Part shown: piece after piece, positions 1 to 9,983 of the stretch
Position numbering within the stretch: the first letter of the stretch is position 1
Layout: each line of letters opens with the position of its first letter
Origin: an uncultured cyanobacterium
GTDB lineage: Bacteria > Cyanobacteriota > Cyanobacteriia > Cyanobacteriales > Nostocaceae
Length of the DNA stretch: 64,000 nt
NCBI GenBank assembly: GCA_963706595.1
Contig: OY970166.1
Location: 1,760,001 to 1,824,000, forward strand
Direction: 5' to 3'
Notes under the pieces: model-generated
What the model saw: only the letters and a program-made list of their open reading frames with translations
Databases searched by the model: none
Told to the model about the DNA's origin: nothing
Translations under genes and position numbers: made by a program

Positions 1-89
1 GTAAATACAAGGCTAAGATTTTGTTCGTATAGCCAAGGTGTAAATTGCCTGGATGCTGTGATTTCTAGTTGGGGTTTTGTTATATTCAT
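1..89 (-). CDS. TIGR03032/DUF4915-family protein, N-terminal fragment running off the window
   Basis: Manual translation from ATG at 89: MNITKPQLEITASRQFTPWLYEQNLSLVFT..., resembling the N-terminus of cyanobacterial TIGR03032 proteins as I recall it. Confidence 0.65.
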   Translation of the reverse strand, partial: MNITKPQLEITASRQFTPWLYEQNLSLVF

Positions 90-93
90 TTAA

Positions 94-219
94 GGGTTCA
101 CCAAAAAATAAATGCCTCAATTTGGTGGGAGAGGGCAAGGACTGCCTATCGTTGGTAATGAGCGGGCAAGATGCCCGCACCACAAGAAAATTGGCATGAT
201 TTTTTTAATTGGAGTTCTC
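94..219. mobile_element. MITE with imperfect ends and a TAA duplication (IS5/IS1031-like)
   Basis: Left end GGGTTCACCAAAAAA; right end reverse-complements to GAGAACTCCAATTAAAAAA; TAA at 91-93 and 220-222. Carries the palindrome GCGGGCAAGATGCCCGC, also present inverted near 12495-12520. Confidence 0.55.
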
Positions 220-953
220 TAAAAACGGATGTGTTTTTACTAAGAGAGACTATCTATTCTGTACTTAAAATCGCAGCAGAATGAAGCCTTATTTCTAATC
301 AGAAAAAGACCAGATGAACAGAAATTAAATTTAAACCCAACTTGACCTAAATAAAGGAGTTAAGCTATATCTAATTTTTATCTAAGTGGTTTTTTACGAA
401 ATGGATTATGTTTAACCTCCTGAAAACCAAAATATCCTTAAATTTTACTATTGTCAAATATTTTACACGCTGTTTTTCCAAAAAATATATAATCAGGTTT
501 TGGGTTAATAGCAACTTACTTAATAAGCTAAAAATTTGAGCAGAAAAATCAGTAAATACCACCTATTCAAAGTGATTCTTCATGAAAAAATTATCTGATT
601 TGGTTTATTATCTTGATATAGCTAGTATTTTCACTGAATTTTAGATCATGTTTAGATATGTATAATTTGCCATTGATTCATAAAGCTTTGATATTTGATA
701 TTTTTTATTAGTAATTTTGTCTATATAAAGTAGAAAAAATAACTTATTACACTGGGTGTAAAAGATGCTTTGGTTTTGCTTTTCTAGAACTTACCCATTG
801 ACAATAAATACTAAATATGAATAACAGTAAAAAGCACATATTTCGTAGGGGTTTAGCAATGCTAAACCCCTACGACACGGGTGTATTTAGTATCAACATC
901 ATCATTGTTCAAAGCCGGAAATTGCCTATTTTGGTGAGAATATATAGCGGTTA

Positions 954-1061
954 TAGCAAAAGTTAAAAGTCAAAAGTCAAAAGTCAAAAGTCAAAAGTGA
1001 AAGACTTGCTTTGACTGGGTTTTAGACTTTTCCTATGTCCTAATCTCCTTGGCGGTTGCTA
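954..1061. mobile_element. MITE family C carrying an AAAAGTC heptamer array, nested in B
   Basis: TAGC...GCTA ends with TA duplication. The end GTCCTAATCTCCTTGGCGGTTGCTA recurs near 8976-9001, 26017 and 61101. Confidence 0.75.
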
Positions 1062-1071
1062 TATCAGTTAA

Positions 1072-1366
1072 GAGGTTGTTTGAAAAGTCTTATTGTTGGT
1101 AGCAAAACATTCTAGATCCCCCTAAATCCCCCTTAAGAAGGGGGACATTGATCGCTGTTCCCCCCTTTTTAAAGGGGGCTAGGGCGTGTTTTCAAAGTCT
1201 AGAAGTAGGTTGGGTTAAGCGCAGTGCAACCCAACGCACCAAACCCAATATGGGGTAAAGTTGGGTTTCCCAAAACCTCAACCCAACCTACATTTACTTT
1301 TTAAAGGGGGCTAGGGGGGATCTGCGAGTGCCTAAAATCACAGCCAACCACTTTTCAAACATCCTC
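1072..1366. mobile_element. MITE family D (GAGGTTGTTTGAAAAGT / ACTTTTCAAACATCCTC, TAA duplication, IS5/IS1031-like), nested in B
   Basis: 17-bp inverted repeats with 1 mismatch; TAA at 1069-1071 and 1367-1369. Removal restores CAGTTAAGTGAG as in the other B copy. Confidence 0.8.
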
Positions 1367-1576
1367 TAAGTGAGATACAAGAACCCCACCCCCAACCCCC
1401 TCCCATATCAAAGGTTTATCCTTTTCTTCCCCCCGTTTCGGGGGGATTTCGGGGGGTGCGAGGAGGGGGCTATGATGTACTTCATTGAAGTGGATACCGC
1501 TATACCATGATTAATTTGTACAGTGCGTAAGTCCTATATATAAGGGTTTTGCGCGGTTATTCTTGAAGAAGTTAGA

Positions 1577-3811
1577 TTAAGGAACTTCAATGGGAATCAA
1601 ACCGTTTTCTGGCACATAGTCACGGTAACGTCCTTCATCAGCTAGCAGTAAAACTAGACGCAGGGAATAATCTGGAGAAATTTGCAAATCAGCCCACGGG
1701 ATGGCAATTTCTAAACAATTATTGAAAGCGACTTGGGCGCGGCTAACGCGGGAATACCATTGATCATGTTCTCCAGCTTCCTGAAACTGAATTGATTGCG
1801 TGAGTAAGTTAATTTCTAGATGGTGGTGGTAATGGTAATTAAGTGGCGCGATATCTGGCACATCTGCGATGGGAATGGGGCTATTGTGCATTGTTCTATC
1901 GGGATAGAACCACAATAAATTCAATTCTGTCGGTAAATCTTTTCCGGGGACAACACCACTTTTAAAGTCTACCCGCACATAGAAATTTAGGTGATCTACC
2001 CCATACCACAGTCGCTGAATGAGGCTGCTATTGTGCATGGTTCCCCTCGCGCCACCGATTTCTAAGCGTCCGGCTTTGTCCCAATCCTGTTCATCTCCTT
2101 TACCATTAATGGTGGGATGAATAAACCCTTCGGGTCTATGACTAGCTCGTGTTTCATGCACCTCTAGGGGTTGTCTGAGATAAGATGGTGCGGGTTCGTT
2201 TAAGGCGTGATAAATTCCTAACAGGTGTTCGCGAAATAATTGGTCGAAAATGGCATCCTGATTGGATGAATGTCCTTCGCCAAACCACCAGAACCAATCG
2301 GAACCTTCGGCGGCGTATAAGGATTCCCAGGCTTCTGGGTTACTTTCTTCGGTGGCTTCGGGATGTCTGGCTAGTGTTTCTCTGGCGTGGGTGAGGTAGT
2401 CCCAGGCGCGATTTTTGGCGGGATCTCCTATCCAGGTGGTGAAGCTACCATCTACCCAAGAACCACTATGTAGCTGTTCTCCGGGAATGGTTGCGGTGGC
2501 GGGAAATTGTTCGATAAATTCGGAGACGGTGACGAGTTTCAGATGGGGTTCGTTGCTTAAATTGTGATATAATGATTCTAAAAAGGGTTTGCCGTCTTGG
2601 GGATAATACTCCCAGCAATTTTCCCCGTCCAAGGCAATGGTAACTAGCCAAGGTTGTTCGCTGTCGCTTTCTCTTTGCATTTTAGCGATCGCCTGTAGAT
2701 GTCCCACTAAGTCTGCGGCTGCTTCTTTGGCTGGCATTGAGCCGTAGGTAAAGCCAATCAAATCTGATAATCTGTGGTCACGAAAGACAATAGATAAATC
2801 ACCGGCGGGAGTTTCTAAGCGATAGGGTCTGTATAATAATTCGGGTTCTTCGACATTCCCAGCCCCATCCCGATGAAAGAAGTGTTTTAAAGACCACCCT
2901 AAAACTGCTTCATCTGAGCAAATCCACTTAAAACCTTGTTTAATAATATAAGGCAGAATTTCCGGGCTGACTGATTGTTCTGAAGGCCATAAACCCCGTG
3001 GTTCTTGCCCAAAACGTTCTGTATATAATTCCCAAGCTTTACGCAAGTGGCGAGGAATGTCTTCTACCCACTGAAAGCGCTGGTGAGGTAGTGTCATAGA
3101 AGGCACTGCTACTTGCCCAGAGTTGGTATCAGCTAATAAGGGCAAAATCGGGTGAGTGTAGGGCGTGGTGGTGACTTCTAAGTGCCCGGTTGCTTGCATT
3201 TTCCGGTGTTGGGGAATAATCCGACTCAGAATTTCGCGCTGTTTGGAATATATGCGCTGGCGATCGCTTAAAGTAAAGTTTCGTCCTTGCTTTAACCAAG
3301 CAGCAATTTCCGGATCATCCCAAAATAAAGGATCAATCCAGGCGAGATTATGCCAAGCCAGCAAGTCGCTGTAATCTGGCAATTGCCAATTAGCCAAACA
3401 CCAAGCTTGACCTTTTTCCTGTCTTTGGGAATATAACTCGGCGTAGCGGGGATGAGGATCAATCAGAGTATGGTGATTGGCATCAAAAAAATGTTGGATA
3501 ATAAATTCTCGTTGTGCCTGAGTTATTTGGGCATCAGGTGTCAAACTAGCTGTGAGATAGGGGTCAAAAGCAGTCCCGGCAATATAATCTTCTAATTGTA
3601 AGATCAGGGATGGGACTAAATTTACCGTCTGGTGTAACTTCGGATACTTTTCCAGAATTAATATTAAATCTAAATAATCCTTGGTTCCATGCAATCGTAC
3701 CCAAGGCAATCGGTAATGCTGACTGGTAGAAAGCGAAACGCCTCTGTTCGGGGACTTGTACAGAGGCTGGTGTTGATGCCAGATAAAAGCGATATGTAAT
3801 GGATGAGACAT
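1577..3811 (-). CDS. Glycoside hydrolase family 57 (amylopullulanase-like)
   Basis: 744 aa; WHQHQP, GLWPSEQ nucleophile, ALDGENCW acid/base, AEGSDWFWW motifs. Confidence 0.93.
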   Translation of the reverse strand: MSHPLHIAFIWHQHQPLYKSPNRGVSLSTSQHYRLPWVRLHGTKDYLDLILILEKYPKLHQTVNLVPSLILQLEDYIAGTAFDPYLTASLTPDAQITQAQREFIIQHFFDANHHTLIDPHPRYAELYSQRQEKGQAWCLANWQLPDYSDLLAWHNLAWIDPLFWDDPEIAAWLKQGRNFTLSDRQRIYSKQREILSRIIPQHRKMQATGHLEVTTTPYTHPILPLLADTNSGQVAVPSMTLPHQRFQWVEDIPRHLRKAWELYTERFGQEPRGLWPSEQSVSPEILPYIIKQGFKWICSDEAVLGWSLKHFFHRDGAGNVEEPELLYRPYRLETPAGDLSIVFRDHRLSDLIGFTYGSMPAKEAAADLVGHLQAIAKMQRESDSEQPWLVTIALDGENCWEYYPQDGKPFLESLYHNLSNEPHLKLVTVSEFIEQFPATATIPGEQLHSGSWVDGSFTTWIGDPAKNRAWDYLTHARETLARHPEATEESNPEAWESLYAAEGSDWFWWFGEGHSSNQDAIFDQLFREHLLGIYHALNEPAPSYLRQPLEVHETRASHRPEGFIHPTINGKGDEQDWDKAGRLEIGGARGTMHNSSLIQRLWYGVDHLNFYVRVDFKSGVVPGKDLPTELNLLWFYPDRTMHNSPIPIADVPDIAPLNYHYHHHLEINLLTQSIQFQEAGEHDQWYSRVSRAQVAFNNCLEIAIPWADLQISPDYSLRLVLLLADEGRYRDYVPENGLIPIEVP

Positions 3812-3896
3812 ATTGAATAATAGAAAATGGGGGATTAGGCTTGGGAAATGGGGTATGGGGCATTGGTTATTCCCCTTTTCCCCATCACCCCAGCCG

Positions 3897-4127
3897 CTAG
3901 ATTACTTGCTCAATTTCGGCGATTTCGGGAATCATTTCCTTGAGGCGACGTTCAATACCCATTCTCAACGTCATTGCGGAACTAGCACAAGAACCACAAG
4001 CACCTTGTAACCGCAGTTTCACAACCGGACCATCAAGTTCTACCAGTTCCACGTTACCCCCATCAGACATCAAGTAAGGGCGCATTTCATCCAAGACTGT
4101 TTCAACGTTGTCAATTGTCAATTCCAT
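3897..4127 (-). CDS. nfuA: NifU C-terminal-domain Fe-S carrier protein
   Basis: 76 aa; RPYLMSDGG and GACGSC motifs. Confidence 0.9.
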   Translation of the reverse strand: MELTIDNVETVLDEMRPYLMSDGGNVELVELDGPVVKLRLQGACGSCASSAMTLRMGIERRLKEMIPEIAEIEQVI

Positions 4128-4300
4128 TATGTGAGGCCTCTTTGGGTAGGAAAATTTTGATATTCAAAGTTTGTTAACTTAATTTTAGATACAATTGTCC
4201 CTATATTGTGTATTGATTAAAGTTGAAAAGCTCATAGTCATGCATTGATGACTCGCAAACCAACGACTGCTGGATAGTACCAGGGCAAACATCAATAATT

Positions 4301-6064
4301 TCAATCAAGATCATTAGCAGAAACTAAGACTGGTTGCTGATACAGAGGGACTGTAAATGTGACTGTTGAACCAAGTCCTTCGCCGAGACTGTAAAAATGT
4401 ACTTCACCGCCCATAGCCTCGATCAGCTTTTGGGATATTGCTAGTCCCAAACCTGTACCGCCATACTGGCGAGTCCGGGAACCATCCACTTGAGAGAACA
4501 ATTGAAATAGTTTGTCTTGTTTGTCCAGGGAAACACCAATACCTGTGTCGGCTACTCTTACCCTCACCATTCCGGGGAATTCCTGCTCTTTAAATTTTGC
4601 CTTTTTCAAGACTAAATCAGCGCTGATGGTGATGCCGCCTTCTTGGGTGAATTTGATGGCATTATTCACCAAGTTGAGCATGACTTGGAGCAACCGTTGG
4701 AAATTACCTTGGACAATAATTTCATCAGAGGTGGGAAGGGTATCCATCCGAAAGCTGAGGTTTCTGGACTCGGCTTGGGGACGGAGAAAATTTTCCACAT
4801 CTTCAAATAGCTCATTCAGCTTGACTGGAGAGCAAACTAGCTCCATTTTGCCGGCTTCGATTTTGGCTATATCTAAGATATCGTTGATGATATTGAGCAA
4901 ATGTATGGATAGATGATGGGCTTCTGAGAGGAACTGATGCTGTTCTTCAGGATCATCTGCCATACCTTCTAAAATCAGCTTCAAAAATCCAATCATGCCG
5001 TTGAGGGGAGTGCGAATTTCATGGGATACATTAGCCAGAAATTCACTTTTGAGGCGGGAGGCTTCTTCGGCTTTTTGACGGGCTGCTTCTAATTCTTTGT
5101 ATAAGGTAGCATGAGCGATCGCTGTACCCAACTGATCGGCAAACTCTTTTGCTAGTTCTAGTTCTGTATCTGTTAACGGATCAAATTCATCTCGCAGACT
5201 CAGGCAAATCAGTCCGTTGGCTTGGTCTTGATGGCTGGTAGCCACCACTAATAGTTTGTGCTGGGGACACAGATTATACCCCGATACTTCCATGACAATG
5301 GGTTCTAGGGTTGCCAACGCCTGAGCAAAAGCTGGCTCAGAAGTTACATCCATTTCTAAGCCAAGCACCGAAGCCCGTTCTGGGTGGTGATACTCTGCTA
5401 TCACCCTCACTATAGAACTAGAGGGCTGGTAAGGACAGATAATGCAGCGTTCTAGCCGCAGCGCTTTTCCTAAACTGTCAACTGTTTGTTGCCAAATAAT
5501 ATCTAAATCCAATGTCCGGCGAATATTTCTGGTAATTTTATTTACCAATTTCTGGTATTGCTGCGTTCGTCCAGCGTGACGCAGTACACTTAAAGCCAAT
5601 TCTACCTGTGTCAGTTCTTGTGGTGTTTCCTGAACTTCTGTTTTGTTCGGTATAGCTTGCAATAACCGTCCCATTACTAAAACTGTAGTGGCGGCGGTTC
5701 CTAATTGCGGCATCATCGGGGAAATCACCAACTCCAACTCAAACAATTCTTGGCCATAGCTAAACCAGCATTGAAACTTCTCCGGCACCAAACTATTTAA
5801 AATCCGGTGCAACCGTTCCAAGTAAGCACCATTGTCTACAGGGACAAAACCTTCGTCCTCATTGCACTCATTCACTATTTGCTTGGGGTTTAATCCTAAC
5901 AGTTCACTATCCTGCCAATAAAATGTCAGGTAGCGTCCTGCCCCATCTTGCGTGTACACCAACTCACAACCGAGAGTTGGCAAGGAGCCATCGGTTTTAT
6001 TCGTCGAGTAGTCCAGATTCTGGGGAAATAAGTTAGGCAATTTGGAGTTAGCAGTAATAGTCAT
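4301..6064 (-). CDS. GAF-domain sensor histidine kinase
   Basis: GAF domain, H-box SHEIRTPL, N-box NLVNNAIKF, DTGIG and GGTGLGL; ATG at 6064 chosen as start. Confidence 0.92.
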   Translation of the reverse strand: MTITANSKLPNLFPQNLDYSTNKTDGSLPTLGCELVYTQDGAGRYLTFYWQDSELLGLNPKQIVNECNEDEGFVPVDNGAYLERLHRILNSLVPEKFQCWFSYGQELFELELVISPMMPQLGTAATTVLVMGRLLQAIPNKTEVQETPQELTQVELALSVLRHAGRTQQYQKLVNKITRNIRRTLDLDIIWQQTVDSLGKALRLERCIICPYQPSSSIVRVIAEYHHPERASVLGLEMDVTSEPAFAQALATLEPIVMEVSGYNLCPQHKLLVVATSHQDQANGLICLSLRDEFDPLTDTELELAKEFADQLGTAIAHATLYKELEAARQKAEEASRLKSEFLANVSHEIRTPLNGMIGFLKLILEGMADDPEEQHQFLSEAHHLSIHLLNIINDILDIAKIEAGKMELVCSPVKLNELFEDVENFLRPQAESRNLSFRMDTLPTSDEIIVQGNFQRLLQVMLNLVNNAIKFTQEGGITISADLVLKKAKFKEQEFPGMVRVRVADTGIGVSLDKQDKLFQLFSQVDGSRTRQYGGTGLGLAISQKLIEAMGGEVHFYSLGEGLGSTVTFTVPLYQQPVLVSANDLD

Positions 6065-6243
6065 TAATAGAGTTGGATAGACAAATGGCAACTCAAAACA
6101 GTTTTGCTGAAGCTGATCAAAAAAATTTAGCGTAAATTATTACAGCTTTAGCATTCTTACATTAGGTATTTTGGCGTGTATTGAATCTAGATTGACAAAC
6201 TTTACATTTTTTTCATGTTCTATTTACAACAAGTTAATGAATG

Positions 6244-6480
6244 TCAATCATTCCATTCACCCCGTGGCGGCACAGGTATGCGGCGAGGAGTACGTGTCAG
6301 TTCATCATCTCTGTTAACCTCACCGCGCAACCATTGACGAATAGCCACTTCAATCACTTTACTGGGGTCGTTGGTTAAGTGCTGAATTTGTTCTAGTAAC
6401 TCCGAGTCCAGGCGGACAGCGATTTCTACCTTGTCGGCTCGTATTGACTCCGCTCCGGTAGCTTTCTCTTTCATATTCAT
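6244..6480 (-). CDS. Small conserved protein with a ribbon-helix-helix-like pattern
   Basis: 78 aa; KVEIAVRLDSELLEQI...SKVIEVAIRQWL strand-helix-helix pattern. Confidence 0.65.
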   Translation of the reverse strand: MNMKEKATGAESIRADKVEIAVRLDSELLEQIQHLTNDPSKVIEVAIRQWLRGEVNRDDELTRTPRRIPVPPRGEWND

Positions 6481-7026
6481 AGATTTCTATACTCAGAGAT
6501 TGTTGCCTCTAAAGCCTTGTCGCGCGGTGATTATGTACCATTCGGGTGAGTTGACTAACTACTGTGAAAGCGCAAATTTACCGCACAGTTAGATAGTTCC
6601 CCAAAATCCCACCAAAGTAACAGCATTTGGTTTTAAATGGTAAATGTGATCGAACTCGCTAGACAACAGCTCTAGAAATTGTGTGAGTAAATCAGTAGTT
6701 ATAGGCAGTTACGCAGTGTAACAGCCCACGATCTCCACATTCTTTACTTACATATATTTATTGTACGCTCCTGGTTGGTCAATCCCATCATGTAAAATAG
6801 ACTTTATATATATTTTGCAAAATCCCCAATCCCAAATCTAAAATTGGTGCAGTCAAAAAAGACGAGAGGCCGCAGGGGGTAGGGGGATGAAAGAGGCAGG
6901 AGTGCAAGGTGCAGAGGGAAAAATCTAATTAATTATCCCAAAACAGCGTCTTTGCTAAGAAAGCATTAAAATATATGAAGTAAATTTCTTGTTTAACCTT
7001 GGTTGCTGCTTCAGCAAAGATAGTAT

Positions 7027-8838
7027 ATGACTGATGTTCCCGCAGATCGCATTCGCAATTTCTGTATTATTGCTCACATTGACCACGGGAAATCTACCCT
7101 CGCTGATCGCTTACTGCAAGCCACTGGCACTGTAGATGAGCGCAAAATGAAGGAACAGTTCCTCGATAACATGGATCTTGAACGGGAGCGCGGCATTACA
7201 ATTAAGCTGCAAGCTGCCCGGATGAACTACAAGGCCAAGGATGGTCAGGAGTATGTATTAAATTTAATTGATACTCCCGGACACGTGGATTTCTCTTATG
7301 AGGTGTCCCGGAGCCTTGTGGCTTGTGAAGGTGCGCTGTTAGTGGTAGATGCTTCTCAAGGTGTGGAGGCGCAAACCTTAGCTAATCTGTATTTGGCTTT
7401 AGAACATGACCTGGAAATTATTCCGGTTTTAAACAAAATCGATTTGCCTGGGGCAGAACCAGACCGGGTAATTGCCGAAATCGAAGAAATTATTGGTTTA
7501 GATTGTAGTGGTGCTATTCTGGCTTCTGCCAAAGAGGGAATTGGCATTAATGAAATCTTAGAAGCAGTTGTCGAGCGGATCACACCACCCAAAGATACCC
7601 TAGATGCACCTTTACGGGCATTGATTTTTGATAGCTATTACGACACCTACCGGGGAGTGATTGTTTATTTCCGGGTGATGGATGGCACAATCAAAAAAGG
7701 CGATCGCGTTTATTTGATGGCATCCGAAAAAGAATACGTCATTGACGAATTAGGCGTGCTTTCTCCCACAGAAATGCAAGTTGAAGAACTTCACGCTGGG
7801 GAAGTAGGCTATTTTGCCGCAGCCATTAAAGCGGTAGCCGATGCGCGGGTGGGAGACACAATCACCTTAACTAAAGCTAAAGCCTCAGAACCCTTACCTG
7901 GTTACACAGAAGCCAAACCAATGGTATTCTGTGGAATGTTCCCCATTGATGCTGACCAGTTTGAAGACTTGCGAGAAGCTTTAGGTAAACTGGAACTCAA
8001 CGATGCGGCGCTCAAATACGAACCAGAAACTTCTAGCGCCATGGGCTTTGGCTTTCGTTGTGGGTTCCTGGGATTACTGCACATGGAAATTGTCCAGGAA
8101 CGCTTAGAGCGAGAGTATAATCTAGACTTAATTATTACAGCCCCTTCAGTAGTTTATCGGGTAGTGACGATCGCAGGTGAAGAACTGTATATAGACAATC
8201 CCAGCCGCTTACCCTCTCCCAATGAACGGCAAAAAATTGAGGAACCTTATGTCCAAGTAGAAATGATTACGCCGGAAACCTACGTTGGTAGTTTGATGGA
8301 ATTGTCGCAAAATCGGCGGGGCGTTTTCAAAGATATGAAATATCTCGCCCAAGGACGTACCACCCTGACCTACGATTTACCTTTGGCTGAAGTCGTCACT
8401 GACTTTTTTGACCAGATGAAATCGCGATCGCGCGGTTACGCCAGCATGGAATATCATATCATTGGCTACCGTGAGAATCCCTTGGTGAAGCTGGATATCA
8501 TGATTAACGGCGATCCCGTGGATTCCCTAGCGATGATTGTTCACCGAGATAAAGCCTATAACATGGGACGGTCAATGGCCGAAAAACTCAAAGAACTAAT
8601 TCCGCGCCATCAATTTAAAGTGCCAATTCAAGCATCAATTGGCAGTAAAGTCATTGCCAGTGAACACATCCCCGCTTTGCGAAAAGATGTCCTAGCTAAG
8701 TGTTACGGTGGCGACATCAGCCGGAAAAAGAAACTTTTGCAGAAACAAGCCAAAGGTAAAAAACGGATGAAATCTGTGGGAACAGTAGATGTACCCCAGG
8801 AAGCTTTTATGGCTGTGTTGCGATTAGACCAAAGTTAA
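7027..8838 (+). CDS. lepA: Translation elongation factor 4
   Basis: [22 protein letters not shown] and C-terminal [14 protein letters not shown]. Confidence 0.99.
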   Translation: MTDVPADRIRNFCIIAHIDHGKSTLADRLLQATGTVDERKMKEQFLDNMDLERERGITIKLQAARMNYKAKDGQEYVLNLIDTPGHVDFSYEVSRSLVACEGALLVVDASQGVEAQTLANLYLALEHDLEIIPVLNKIDLPGAEPDRVIAEIEEIIGLDCSGAILASAKEGIGINEILEAVVERITPPKDTLDAPLRALIFDSYYDTYRGVIVYFRVMDGTIKKGDRVYLMASEKEYVIDELGVLSPTEMQVEELHAGEVGYFAAAIKAVADARVGDTITLTKAKASEPLPGYTEAKPMVFCGMFPIDADQFEDLREALGKLELNDAALKYEPETSSAMGFGFRCGFLGLLHMEIVQERLEREYNLDLIITAPSVVYRVVTIAGEELYIDNPSRLPSPNERQKIEEPYVQVEMITPETYVGSLMELSQNRRGVFKDMKYLAQGRTTLTYDLPLAEVVTDFFDQMKSRSRGYASMEYHIIGYRENPLVKLDIMINGDPVDSLAMIVHRDKAYNMGRSMAEKLKELIPRHQFKVPIQASIGSKVIASEHIPALRKDVLAKCYGGDISRKKKLLQKQAKGKKRMKSVGTVDVPQEAFMAVLRLDQS

Positions 8839-8849
8839 TTTACCGAAAA

Positions 8850-9052
8850 ACCTCACCCTGCTTTTGCTGTGCAGAACCTGTCCCTCTCCTTGGTAAGGAG
8901 AGGGTTTTGTCTACTTTGCAAGTAAATGAAGTACACATCTTAATATGATAAATCTTGCCCGCCCTTAATAAACAATGTCCTAACCTCCTAGGCGGTTGCT
9001 ATATTCTCAAAATCTCCCCTCTCCTTGGTAAGGAGAGGGGCTGGGGGTGAGG
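8850..9052. repeat. Small dispersed palindromic repeats plus one family-C MITE end
   Basis: CCCTCTCCTTGGTAAGGAGAGGG twice; TGTCCTAACCTCCTAGGCGGTTGCTATA at about 8976-9003. Confidence 0.7.
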
Positions 9053-9070
9053 TTATTAAAGATTTTTCAG

Positions 9071-9529
9071 TTAACGTTGCTTTTTGTAACGTCCAATGAG
9101 TTCTGCGGTGGCCAAAATGTGATTTTCCATGGCTGCTTCTACTTGTTCCTTCGTAGAACCAAAATCCAACCCTAACGGCGCATCTAAGGCGTAAAGTTTG
9201 AAAAAATAACGATGGATGCCACTGGGCGGACAAGGAGGAGTATAGCCTACCTGTCCGGCATCATTTTTGCCCTGGATGCCACTTCCCTCTAGCATCGGTT
9301 CGGTGGGAACCCGTTCTGGTAAATTCCTAGTTTGGAGAGGTAAATCATAGAGAACCCAATGAACAAATGTGCGATTTGGGGCATCAGGGTCATCGACAAT
9401 CAAAGCAAAGCTGCGGGTTTCAATGGGAACATCTTCCCACTTTAATGAGGGAGAAATACCTTCGCCTTCACAAGAAAATTTGATTGGAACCATGCTATCG
9501 GCAGAAAAGCTGTCACTTAGCAGTTTCAT
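9071..9529 (-). CDS. YbhB/YbcL-family PEBP (Raf kinase inhibitor-like) protein
   Basis: DPDAP, FVHW and PPCPPSGIHRYFF motifs; ATG at 9529 (MKLLS). Confidence 0.93.
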   Translation of the reverse strand: MKLLSDSFSADSMVPIKFSCEGEGISPSLKWEDVPIETRSFALIVDDPDAPNRTFVHWVLYDLPLQTRNLPERVPTEPMLEGSGIQGKNDAGQVGYTPPCPPSGIHRYFFKLYALDAPLGLDFGSTKEQVEAAMENHILATAELIGRYKKQR

Positions 9530-9983
9530 TTTTTTTGGCTCTTTTAACAGAATTATTACCAGTTCCGCAAATCTGTGATGGTGCGGTAGCCCTGCGGTGG
9601 AACACATCCTACTGCCCAATTTGCGGTGATGTCTGTAAATTCCGCAAAATTTGGTTTTCTTGCGGTTGTGGCTGTCACATTGCTGTATTTGTTTATATCA
9701 ATTCCGCCGTTGTATCCACACACCCGTTTTCATGCTATGCAACTTGGTCGGTTAATTTCAACTAACTGTATTGCTGGCAGTGTTTACCTTTGCAGTCAAG
9801 GTGAAAAAATTATTGCTGTGACGAAATTAAAACCATGCTAAAAAGCAGAAAGATTTTTCTCCTCTTTCGCTGGTTGTGTTATTTTGATTGATTATCTGTA
9901 GCGAAAAATTGTAGTAAATATACTCGTTACGATTACCATTTTTGTATTTTTAGATATTTATAGGGTATTGGAGACTTTAGTAA

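Larger units (their letters stand above)
945..1502. mobile_element. MITE family B (TAGCGGT...ACCGCTA, TA duplication, IS630-like), nested in A
   Basis: Inverted ends flanked by TA at 943-944 and 1503-1504. The backbone matches the reverse complement of 14569-14826. Confidence 0.8.
785..1536. mobile_element. MITE family A (ends TAGRACTTAC.CA / TGCGTAAGTCCTA), outer shell of a nest
   Basis: 785-944 and 1503-1536 align with the uninterrupted copy at 56611-56800, including the GTAGGGGTTTAGCAWTGCTAAACCCCTAC palindrome. Confidence 0.8.

Noticed and set aside
371..562. 63-aa ORF in AT-rich DNA
   Set aside because: No motif, GTG start and composition typical of a chance ORF.
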